DNA from: Lingula anatina
Taxonomy: Eukaryota > Animalia > Brachiopoda
Direction: 5' to 3'
NCBI GenBank assembly: GCA_051362555.1
Contig: CM120647.1
Coordinates: forward strand, 19,506,651 to 19,570,650
DNA: 64,000 nt
A program made the position numbers and the translations under genes. Positions 50,801-62,370 of the stretch are shown here, piece by piece; position 1 is the stretch's first letter; the number at the start of each line of letters is the position of its first letter. The notes beneath the pieces were generated by a model. The model made no database searches and was not told the origin of the DNA. It saw nothing but the letters and a program-made list of their open reading frames with translations.

Positions 50801-50846
50801 TGAAAACCACCGCAGAGTAGGGTGCAGGGAAAGGATTATAGCCTGA
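44853..50846 (+). CDS. Paralog B: short secreted form (D8C plus pre-VWD region), about 459 aa
   Basis: Exons 44853-45342, 45720-45776, 46106-46350, 46601-46690, 46896-47339 and 50793-50846 are in frame. The last exon, VYIENHRRVGCRERIIA*, is homologous to the start of exon 6 of A and C and then stops. No later exons were seen before paralog C. Confidence 0.72.
47640..49756. mobile_element. Outer degenerate MITE hosting the foldback
   Basis: gatctatcttcaaggggattctcgcta (about 47681) pairs imperfectly with tagcacgaaaccccttggagatagat (about 49688). Ends are approximate. Confidence 0.5.
47772..49668. mobile_element. Inverted pair of PIF/Harbinger-like non-autonomous elements forming a 1.9-kb foldback
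   Basis: 47798-48745 is the imperfect reverse complement of 48889-49652. TIR-like ends cgtacggccggttgtgaccgaggct|TAA (48883) and accgaggct|TTA (49668). The left arm carries an extra palindromic insert of about 210 bp (about 47866-48076). The superfamily call rests on the termini only. Confidence 0.7.
49884..50756. mobile_element. Degenerate TIR element
   Basis: ccatgagc...ttggtattaaaaaaggagaaattc versus gaattcctccctttttgataccaa...gctcatgg. No TSD resolved. Confidence 0.45.
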
Positions 50847-52424
50847 AAACCATGGTAAAATTTTGGGAAAATATGCACTTAAAAAGATTGGTTGGTACAT
50901 AAAACTTCCAAGAATTCTTTATTTTTATTCTAATTTTCATGAGGAGGGGAGTTTGTATGAAAAGAATTATTCTTGAGGAAATTAATTGAAAGAGTAAATA
51001 ATAATTAAATTACATGAATATGACATTTTCATTCTTCAAAAATAGCACACAATAGTAAACAGTAAACATCTCTGTGTGTTGTAAGTTATTGTAATTATAA
51101 TTTTTGATTTTCAGAATTCCAGAAAAAGATTATGTGCGGCTGCAACAAAAGGTAGCTCTCTATCTACAAGGTATACTAGAAAAAACGTCAAATGGATTTC
51201 AAACACGTACAATGCTTGAAGTAGAACGTATTTTACTTGCATACACACGGATTTCAATTATGCTATGAATATTCTTTTTGCAAATTTAATGGTATTGTGT
51301 GTGTTTTCTTTTGCTAATAGATGTTTTAATTGTATAACGTGAATCTGTACTTATTAAGAGTATATGGTGCATTCGAAATATTTTTACCCATTCTTGTGGC
51401 CGGCCCGATTGTTTTGCTCATGTTAAAAACTTTTGAAGTGCATTGCAAGTAGAAAATTATCGAATGGCATTTGAGTAGTATTCTAACTGCACTATGACTG
51501 CACGACATTCCGACAGCATTCAAAATATTCTGATCACATGCGAGGGAGAACCGAATTGGCAAGACACTTCAAATCCTGGAAGAATGAGCTGGAATGCAAC
51601 TCGAATGCATCTCGATCCTATTTCAGCCAGCAAGCGAACTAAACTCGTACGGCATTCAAAGTGTATTCTAAATATTCTGACGGCATTCTGACAGCATTAT
51701 TGATATTCCTAGTTTTCCAATTACTTTCGAGTTGCATTTGAGAGCTAATACAGCCCAAATATGCACAAATCATTCCAGGCGGATATAATCGCATTCTGAG
51801 TATTCCAACGGCATTCTTACAAGAATTTAGGTCAATTTAAAATTTCTTCCCGAATGTAGTACGAAATTTTAAATTTAGTCATTCTGGCTGGCTATACTAG
51901 TATATAGTATACAACTCAACAGACTTGTGTAAAGTGATACATGCATGCACCCCCGAATATAACACGAAACTGGCCGGAACATGATGGCAACATAATTTCT
52001 ACTTCTTGATGTATTTTGAAAAATAATACCTTAATACCTTATATGACAATGCAGTTTTATTGGTTTGAAAAAGTACAGTGAAGATTCGCTATTTCTTTCC
52101 ATTTTTGATATTTGTTTTGAATCAGAAATCGATCATTTTTGCTCTTGTGGAATTGCTTAACTTAGGCAGGCAAACACAAGCACTTATGTACGAACGCTAT
52201 ACACACAATTACACATTCATTAGTTTAAAAGCCTCTTAATCATTGCAGTTTTTACCGTGTGTTATGTAGCTATAGAATCAACTTTTGAATCAGAAACAAA
52301 GATAATAAAATAGCTTTAGCAAAATACTGTGCACTTACTCCATACTTTTCATAACAACGTACTTTGTTATCTTTTAGCATGGGGTGAAATAACTCGCCCA
52401 AAGTGATTTCAATTCAATTATTGA

Positions 52425-53195
52425 TTAACCATAAAATTCGGAGATAAAAGAACGCCTGTTAAATCAATTAAAGGGGGTAATATTTCAAGGCGAACACAAA
52501 AGCAATGTTCACATTTGATTAATACTTAAACACTCCCCACAACCCCGGGGTGAAATGTTATCTTTTGTCGTTGACGTAAACAGTTGCTCGGTTTATTTTT
52601 CATCGTGTTTCCATTCAAACATTTATCCAAATTACGATAAGGTCACGCAAAATACACTCAAAGTGTTCACGGAATGATTTGATGGAGCTTTATTAAAGTA
52701 CCCGGTTTGACAGTGAAAAATGTGTTTGTTTGCTAGCTTTCGGTGCCTCATGAAGAAAAGTGAGAATGTCAACAACTAGTTTGAACCAGGAAGGGGGTTC
52801 CATACAACATTTCGTCAAATTTTAACTAAGACGCAAATTTTACTTTCTTAAAAATCACTCCGGATCGCTTAAATGGAAATAACTAATAGGGCCTTTCGTG
52901 TATACTTTGCTATGGATTTTGACTTAATACAAAGTTTGGAATAGCTGGGCAGTCAGATATAGCTTAAAGGGATATCTTTTTGACTAAATTAATTGTGTTT
53001 TCATTGATGTTAGATCTACTTGTAGCAAACGATTGGTCGGTTTTATTTTCCTTCCTGTTTCAGTCAGTTATCGCAACATCTTTGTTCATCACGTCAAATG
53101 TCAAGATTAGAAAACATTGTATGTATTTATTTTTTTGTTGAAAAGAGTCCAGAATATCTCGTCGTTTAAGTCGATTTCTGGTATAAACACAGCGA
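52425..53195 (+). promoter_or_regulatory. Conserved promoter of paralog C
   Basis: tcaaggcgaacacaaaagca, ccccggggtgaaatgtta, a degenerate box near 52583, gattggtcggttttattttccttcctg at 53031, and tataaaca near 53183. Confidence 0.6.
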
Positions 53196-53228
53196 CTCTC
53201 GTGTTTAAAATTAGAGAGTGGTAGAAAG

Positions 53229-56200
53229 ATGTTTTTTGCGCTGCTGTTAGCGGTGCTGCTGCACGGCGTCCTTCGTTTTCATTTGGCCTGCGCTTCTCCG
53301 TGTGATGCGTACACCGTACTTCATGATGCAAGTAGGCACTTAACGCACAGAGCTACTTGGTCTGAGAGCCTCAACTGTGACTCCAATTTAAACACATCGG
53401 AATGGTATCGCTTCATGGGCCCAGCTGGCGACAGGCTGGCTGACAACTCTAGCATTCCGGTGGCATTTGAGTGTGGAACTGTGGGGCCTATTTACCTGGC
53501 GTCAAGACATCCTCCCGCCCCTGATCCAACCGTCAAATCTCAATGTAATGTCTCAGTCCCTGGTAACCCTTATAATCTGTGTGCACGTTACGGTAGATCA
53601 GACTGCGATGCCAAGTTCCAAATTGATATCCATCAGTGCTGTGAATACGGCGAAACGTTCTTTGTGTACAGACTGAAGACTCCTATTACTGGATGTCCAT
53701 TGGCATTGTGCGGGGCAGGTCAGTAATAACATTCTAGATACGGTCATTATTAGGATATTTTAATAATTAAAATTAATTGAAATGCTCAGAATAAGCCACA
53801 AAGCAGGATATATGTGTTAATGTACATATGGATTGCTTATATCGAATTCAACTTGCCGCATGCCTTAGGTTAGTGTGGCATATTGCTGGCGTTTTGGTGA
53901 AGTACTGTTGCTTGATCTCAAGAAAGTATCAAATAGAAAAATTACTATAATCTAATCTCAAGTCTCCTTATTCTAGGAAAACAGCAGTTTTTTTGTCCCC
54001 CTGGAACTACTCTGAAAGGAAATGATTGCATTCGTACGTATTATAATTTCCGGCTTGGACAAAACTACACGTTGATAACTTATTATAATAAAATAAGAAA
54101 ATTACGAAATTATCATCTTGTATTGAATACTGTAAATAAGTCCCTGCAAAAGCTTTGAATATTTTTGAAGTGAATTTTTTGTAACTTATATATTTGAATC
54201 TGATATTTTGTTAAACCAAATACTTTGCATAACTTTGGATTCTTTAATTTTTTTAACCAGTTTTCTTCATTTCTTCTTCCTTTATTTCTCTTTCTTGTGA
54301 GGTGGGGGGTGGGTGGGGAGGGGTGGTAATGAGTGTCTGTATCATTTCAGCACGTTTTCCGACCATGTTAGACAAACCCAAGATAACGGGGCCTCACATT
54401 ACCGGCCAAGATTTTACCTTTGAATGTGAAATCAAACCAGATGTAAATAACGATACCATCACAGACGCAAACTATGAAGTACAGTTCCTGTTTGATGGAT
54501 CGAATGCAACTAATGCTATTGGTCCTGCCAACTATACTAATGGATTCAAGGCGACGCTGAATCAGATGGACATTGAAGGAAAAATTGGAAAACGCGTATG
54601 TTTTCACCCTTTGACGCCGTTCACACTGAAATGAGCTAAATTAACTTTAGAATGAACATCCTTTGTATATTCATTGGTATTTGAAAGGTATTGTAAAACT
54701 TCCGAGTGCATTCCAAACACTCTGGTCCGCCTTGAATTTTTTTATTGTATTCGAGTGAGAACCAGAAATATTGCAATCATCCATCGACAAACCAAGTTTT
54801 TTCATTCCGCATGCTAGATTACGTTATAGTTAGCCTTTAGTGTGAACTTTATGAATAGATCAATTTGAAATCTCTCGTAGATGCCGCACAAAGTTCCATC
54901 GACCTGTTCTGTCTAATCCTGCTGATTTCGTATAAGAATGGAGGTATATAAGGCTTGTAAGAAAATAATGTCTGAGCCATTTTAAGTATATGTGATATGC
55001 TTCTGATTTACAATAACTAACATCTTATGCTTGTAGATAACATGTAGAGCTCAAGGTTTCTGGACGGGAAAACCTTCAGGAGGCGGTTACATGCACAGTA
55101 GCAACTGGTACTGGGCTGGAATTCAAGTAAGATTTTTTTTTTTTAATTTAAAAAATGAACCAGCCCTATGAAAAGTTAAAAAAATCATTAAAACATCCCG
55201 CACGAAAATGCAGTAGTATCGAAGTAGCAAAAAAGCATTAACGCAGTAGTGGTGTGGAGCATATTTGCAGTAGAAATGCAGCATAGCCTACTTTAATTCT
55301 ACTCAAAAAGTACATATGTTTGTACAGAGAGGAGCATTAATGCAGTAGATTAGCAGCATGATAGAAGCAAAATATGCTAATTAGCTCCCAAATCGAAGCA
55401 GATTTGAAGCATGTTTGCAGTATAATTGCAGTAGTCAACTGCGGTTTGCAGTATGATTGCAGTAGTCTACTGGGCTGGAGTATCTACTGCGTTTTCTTGC
55501 GGGATATCACACTAATATGAAAATCACCAAAGACATTGGTTTTATTGTTGTTGTTTTGTAGGTTTACCAAATCGAAAATGGGAACAGAAAACGGTTGTGG
55601 GCGATACACTTGGACAAAGCTCAAATAAAACCGTTTGAAATCGAACTGCATTCCACTCTGCCAATATTGTTCGGGTCACACAGAGATTTCGTTGTCAATC
55701 ATTTCATCAACAGTTTTCCGAATTTATCTCCCCCTCCACTGAAGTTACAAGTGAACATACGAACTTCGATCATCGATTTTTCCGTAACAGGTGGTTCAGA
55801 AACTGCAACCTGTTCTGTCAACCTTTTAAGTGGTGATTGGAATAAAACTCTTGGTGCGACCGTTTCTAGGAACTCTTTCAAAGTAGTTGACGGACGGTTT
55901 GATGTAAGAAGAAACTCGAGGAAGCGGTTCCTGACATTGCAAACCAGCGACTATTTCTTTCCTTCAATTTGGAAAAATTATCGGATAGCTGTTATACCGG
56001 TATGTTACCAAGCTTATTCTCTATGGTTGGTTCAGAAAAAAGTTGTTCCGTCTGTCTTGTACACAAGTTGCCTGCTTTCTTTTCTGTTTATAATCCTAGG
56101 TTATCTATCATGTACGTTTTCACGATGGCCAAATTGCCATAACATAAATAAAAGGGTGCCAGGCTCATTTATCAAATATTCGCAGCTTTAAAGCCATTTC

Positions 56201-59200
56201 TGTTATATTATTTTGTTTATCTTGTGTTTTGCTTTTATTTTTTAAATGTTTGGTTTATTTTTTATGGGAAAAATGTTCGGTCTACATCTACGTCTTCCCA
56301 TAAATATTTTTGTTTTCTGTTTTGCTCTTTTTAAAAAATCTAAGTTCTTCGTTAATGCAACTCTGTTTATGTCTGTCTCTACGTATCCGTTTGTCAGGTT
56401 GTCTGCATGAATGTCATATTTGTACATTTTTTTTGTGATAGGTATATATTACGGACCATCAAAGACAGACTTGCATTTCTTGGGGAGGCGGTACTTATGT
56501 TGTTACTTTTGACAGTGCGTAAGTAAAAATATACGTAGACAGTGTTAAAAAGTGTGTTAGATCTAGACTGAGCTTATTATAGTATAAAACATATGAATGA
56601 CGTCACTTCGTGTTTGCAATACCCTCTACCAAGGCCACAGATTTCACAAGATCTCCACAGATATGTCGTTGGTTAATTAATGGCACTCTTCTGCACTTAA
56701 ATAATTTGAGAAAAGTGTACATTTTTAATCTGGGGCACTGGTAAGGGTAGGTTTGAAGTACACTGTTGTGCTTATATATTGGGTTTTCAAATATTCCGTG
56801 TTTTGTGATAGTTATATTAAACTCACATTTCGTAAAGAGTATTTTTATATTTTAAGCAAAAGCATAAGGACTTAAAAATGGTTTTGCGTGATGTATGTAG
56901 GGGTCCTAGGGGCATAAAGTACGATGACTATCCTCTGCTCTTTCAGAAAATTTAGCATGTTTGGAAAAGGAGAATACATAATGGCGCAGTTGGAAACCAA
57001 TTTCCTGTTATTTGAGGTATCTTGTGGTCACCTGAATTTGGTTACATCACCTTTTGTGTATGAGTATTAAGATTATTTGTAAATATGCCATTTTAAAAAG
57101 AGTTGTCATCAAATGACATGTTTGCCTTAGCAGCTGTGGTAACACATTTACAAATCAATAAATCAAGGGTACATTTGCCTTAAATACAGCAAAAAATTCG
57201 AAACGTAGGTCAGGTGAAAAAACCATCAATAATCTCAGGACGAAGACGAACTAGGTATAATTCTGATGACACTCTGTCTGGTGGTGTCAGTTTTGATATA
57301 GTCCGTCCTTTTCACCGTGGTATAGAATTCTGATTCACAAGTCTCGCCAGCTGTATTCTATTCCTGAACATTATACGTAGTTATGCTAAAAGTTCCTTTC
57401 AGAGTAACCGACTTGGTTACATGGTGGGACATTAAAAACAAAACTGCATCTTTTAGATCCCTTTTGTTTAAAGCGGCAACTTCATAATTACAGGAAATGC
57501 CTCCCCAGATATTGTTGAGTTTGTACTGTATTCTGAAAATCTCGAAATCTGGTATAGGCCTATATGGTGTAGACTTGCCCTTCAAGAAATCGACGGAAAA
57601 TAGCTCTTTTTCAAATTTGAATGGGCACTGTAGAAAACATATAACAGCTAAAGCTCTCAAATTAAGCACATTTGTGTGATATCATGTGAAAAATAAGTTC
57701 TGTAAATTTCAATCCAAGCAGTTGAGTACATTTTGAGACAGAACGCTTTGAATGTGCAGCAAACCGTAACGCTAATCCCTCGACGAAAACCGGAAGTGCG
57801 TCATGACGTCACTCGTTTGTACTTGGAAAGCTGCTGGCAGGTGATTTTCCGATGAGAAATATTTCGTGGCTTATACAAATGTTCGGAAAATGTCCATGCA
57901 GATAAAAGAAAATTCACTAATCAAAATTGAAACTGCGTAATTACATAGAAAAACATTGTGCATTCCTGATCTCGACTTCTCAGTATAAACAAAGTGTACT
58001 GAACGCATCGCAAGCAAGCACGTGAATGCCGCGTTTGATACTTTGTATCAGACGCTTCATTTTACTTGACAACACAGTGTTTACGATGGGCATGACAGGA
58101 AAAACAGTGCAAAAAACACGCACTTCCGGTTTTCGTCGATTTCTTGAAGGCGTCGATTTCTTGAAGGGCGAGTCTATGTTCATCAGTCTACCACACTTGA
58201 TGACCAATTTTATCGTTTTCACTGCGTGTGTGTGTGTGTGTTTGTTTGCAAAGACATCCTACGCTTTAAACAGTAGTTTAATTGCACTGGTTGCAGTAAA
58301 AGTATACATGCATGTATTATTTTACTCTTTGTCATGTAGGTAAGGGTGAAAACGGAGGAATGTAACCGCCCATATCGTTTAGCCTGCAATTGTGCCGTGG
58401 CCGCCAGAGAAGGAAACGACATATTCATTGTAGACAAGTGTAACAGTCGTGGTACACCACGTCTGTGGTACCGGACAGCTGCATGCGGAGAGATGTGCCC
58501 CTTGCCTGGGAACTACATACAGTCGATAGACAGTGGGAGTAAATTCGTTGTGCGTATAGCCTAAGGTGTATCAAATAAAGTTCTAAATATGTATATCAAA
58601 TTTCCCTAGTTCGGTTCAGAATATGCATTTCAAGCTGTGATTTTCACACATATATTTGTACATAAATGAATGTGTGCGGGAGGATTTGCCCCATGCTTGG
58701 GAAATACATACCTAAATATAAAAATAGATTTCAGGTGGGTGTCACATTATACAAGTATTATAAATATGTAAATATCATAGAGGTAAAACCTAACCAAGAC
58801 CAATTAGAGCACACGTGCGAATATTCAGTTTGTATTCTATTTACAGATTCGGTTTAACTCGGGCGCTTCCGTCACGTTAAGCAATATCAAAAAAGGTATG
58901 ATGGTCACAATCGACGTTCCAGAGTATTTCGAAAAAATGGAAATGACAGGATTTTGTGGAAATTATGACGGCATGCGTTCCAATGATGTTATCAACCACA
59001 CCAATCCATACAGCAGCCCTTTTCTTGAGAGAAACAGGTTTGTCCGTTCATTGTGTTTATAATTTTCTGTGTGTATGTGTTTAGCCGTTTGTCAATCTAC
59101 ATAGTTTTTAAATGTGACACTTTGCAAAAAAAATTAACAGTTTTTTTCGTACAACAGGATTAAAAATCAAGGAAAAAGTTTATTTGATCCAATGGTCACC

Positions 59201-62039
59201 CCAGTCAAAAAGACATACGCAGACATGTTTAATGAGACACAGCGGGCTTATTGCCACTGTCAGAGAGTTAGTCGTAATGGGAACGTCGTTTTGTGCGATG
59301 CGACTAAGCAAGTTAAAGATCCGGGGATGGTCAGCGGGTCAACTGATATTAATCTAGTAAAGCAGATTTTGAACAGGCAAAGGCAGAGACGATCGCCGCC
59401 CGATTCCATTTATTCAGACGATGTATTTGAAGACTTTGAAACCGATCACCACGTGTTGGAAGTCCCGCATGTAGAATCACGAGTTGGTTTGCCACAGGGA
59501 ATGGCAAGAAAAGATGCCGAAAATTACTGTTACGAAGTATTAAGGAATTCGACCATTTACCACCTGTGTCTGACTCTAGATACGTTCTCCATTAGTTTGA
59601 CCATGTCTGGTTGCGTCGAAGATCTTCAGGTAAGTCAATAATACAGTCGGTTAGAAAGCGTTCATTACATTCATGCATGTTATGTGTCCTTTCGTTTACT
59701 AGATGCTGTACATACATGAATTAGAAGTAAAGTACGTTTAAGACATGATACTGTAGGTGTCAGGTAATATGGTCCAATCATTTATCCGTTTTCTAGATAA
59801 GAATTCAATGTTTACATAGTTTTCTATTATCTTGTTCGAAATAGTCAGCGCACTGCGGTGGATAAGGAACTATAGAAGTCTTAGTAGTCTCCAGTTTCTG
59901 TTGTGCTTTCTGTCCTACATTTTGACAGATTAGACTCACTTTGGGAGGCATTTGGTGTAATATCATTCTCAATGGCATGATAGCAACAAGTTAATTAACT
60001 GGCGTATGACAAAATTGTTTTAGAATATCAATGCTATATACAAATAAATATTTACCTGTTTCAGGTAACTGGAGATAGACAATTTGCTTTGAATGCGAGA
60101 AAGCTGATGGAGGAAACGTGCATAAATGAGGCCAACAAAATAGCCCCGACACCAGAAGAACTTTGGGATCCGCTTGCTAAAACACCTGTGACACCGGCTA
60201 AATCTTTTGACGAGAATTTGAAAACTACAACAGAAGCTAACAGCCCAAACCCAAAGGGTCCATCTTTAGCTGAGTTGTCAAAGTCTCAAGCCTGTCCCTC
60301 AAGCTGTAGTGGCAATGGCGACTGCATTTCCGGAGCCTGCGCGTGCTACAATGGTTACACCTCCGCGGACTGTTCCATTCCAGTCAACAAAGCACCTGAG
60401 ATCCTTGACTTGAGCGGTGATGGTTTATGCGATGTTGAAGTGCGACCTTGTCTTAAGACGCATCTTTTTGTAGAACCGATTTACGATTCCGCCAACTTCA
60501 CTTGTAGAGTGAGGAAAGTTAAGGTATTGACGCTTTCATGTTATTTGTTGTTACGAAAGTATTACAACTGGTAGCAGTCATGTAAGGGCTGAGTTGCATT
60601 GGCTGTAATAGATATAATTCATTATAAGTTTAAGTTATATATTTATTTGCTTTGTGTGATTTGTTATTTTTACCAGGATGAGTTTTTGAGAATAACAAGA
60701 AATGTTTGCGGTAGCAGCGCACATTTATATAGTTAATTAGCAAGTGTCTTTCACAAATGACTCCTATGATATGTTTGATTTATCTGAACTGAAAGGTGGA
60801 TTCGAACACAGGAGTCAGAAGCTCTGTGTCGTTTGAAACCACACGAACACTCGCCGAACTGATATCCTTCGCTGAGATGATTTGCCATCTTCCCCGAGAG
60901 CCCATCATTCCACCAACCAAGGACATTGCTCCCGTGGGCAACCCAGTGCAGGGGTTACTGCTCTCTGTGAGCAATGACGGAGTAAAGTTCTCAGAGGAAG
61001 TACCACTGACAATTTACGATTCTGTCTGTATTGACTGTTCGAAGACAGACTTTAAGGACATCTCCGAAGAACCAGTTTGTAGAAGAAAGGTACGTAAAGG
61101 CCATTCCCTAGAAGTTACATATATGTTATCTTTTTGAAAAATATGTACAGTATCATTACGGTATCAATAATTCAAATGTGCGCAAAAAGTGAAATTTTCA
61201 TAAAAAAGTATCCCTGTGTGACGAATAGTATGTTTCATAGTTGCAGTATATTGTTTAACAATGCAGGGTTTACTTTTTGAACAAAACATGTTTTGAGTTT
61301 TACACCGTATGATAACGACACCAGACAGTGTGTATATCTTAAATGTATCATTTGTCAGTAGCGTTATTGGTACTATATTAAAATCAGCAAATTGTTTGTC
61401 TGCATTTTTACAGCCTGGAACCTGCCTTATCAATGGGTATTGTTACGCTGATGGTGACCCTAACCCTGCCCGACCTCTATGTCAGCACTGTGACGTCAGG
61501 ACATCTGAGGACCATTTCACCAATGTAACAGGTAAGAATGAAATCCTTCAAAGCACCTCCTATCTTAGAGATGTAGGTATACCGGTTCTCTGTGAGAGAT
61601 TCTAAACTAAACTGTTTGGATATTTCGTAAGCGTTACCTAACTGACTCCCTCTCGACGGGACCAGTTAATCAACTTTAGTGTACAGTAAGTTAAGGTCTT
61701 GATTAAGCTTACGGTTTAATATATAAATTATCTAGAATTCATGTTTTACAACATGCGGCGCCAGAATTTTACAACTTGAAGTGCTAAATCATGTAGAAGC
61801 ATTTCACAAAAAAAAAAAAAAGCAATCAAGACGATTTTAAGACGTTGAGATGTTGTTCATTGCTTTTTTTATCCCTGTCTGATTTCAGTAACGACCCAAT
61901 GCGACAAGTGCCTCGGGCTTCCTTGTTTCTGTGACGGTAAAGGATGGCAGTGTCAGTGTGGGGCAGGTTACACCATCGACACTAAAACTCCGGGCTGCGT
62001 TGGTAATGCCCAGGCTATGTGATCTCACTTGTTAATTTT

Positions 62040-62083
<44 letters not shown>

Positions 62084-62370
62084 AGACTTACATATGGCAC
62101 CCTTACGGCGACTGATATGATATAAATTGGAGCTATAAATGCACTTGTTAGTATGGGTGGCATACGTAACACTTACAATTGGTTTTGAATTGTTATATTC
62201 TTGGATCGGAGCAGGGGGGTGGTACATGAAAATAATGATTTCGAAAAATACAAAAAATAATTATTGTGTAACATTTTTATTCAACACAAATTGGGTATAT
62301 TCCAGTATATCCCTATGTTGTAAAATAATGTAATGATAATTTTTGATTTACAGAATCCGGAAAAAGATGA
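53229..62370 (+). CDS. Paralog C: secreted VWDE-like protein lacking GDPH, cbEGFs and lectin, about 1113 aa
   Basis: Exons 53229-53718, 53977-54033, 54351-54595, 55037-55126, 55562-55999, 56442-56518, 56947-57016, 58340-58549, 58847-59037, 59158-59629, 60065-60523, 60796-61089, 61414-61531 and 61889-62002 mirror exons 1-14 of A in phase. The terminal exon 62354-62370 (ESGKR*) is inferred and less certain. Confidence 0.82.
55197..55503. mobile_element. MITE with CCC...GGG ends (animal EnSpm/CACTA-like)
   Basis: at|cccgcacgaaaatgcagtag ... ctactgcgttttcttgcggg|at, with many internal gcagta repeats. Confidence 0.7.
57570..58176. mobile_element. MITE of about 600 bp
   Basis: TIR tagact(t/c)gcccttcaagaaatcgacg at both ends. 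Internal inverted repeat cgacgaaaaccggaagtgcg (57781) / cgcacttccggttttcgtcg (58119). Confidence 0.8.

Noticed and set aside
51365-51895. Region rich in cattc/gaatg motifs, with a similar patch near 54660-54820
   Set aside because: Probably a decayed MITE, but termini and TSD could not be defined.
62354-62370. C-terminal GKR of paralog C as an amidation signal
   Set aside because: It arises from a frameshifted exon remnant and is likely chance without peptide evidence.
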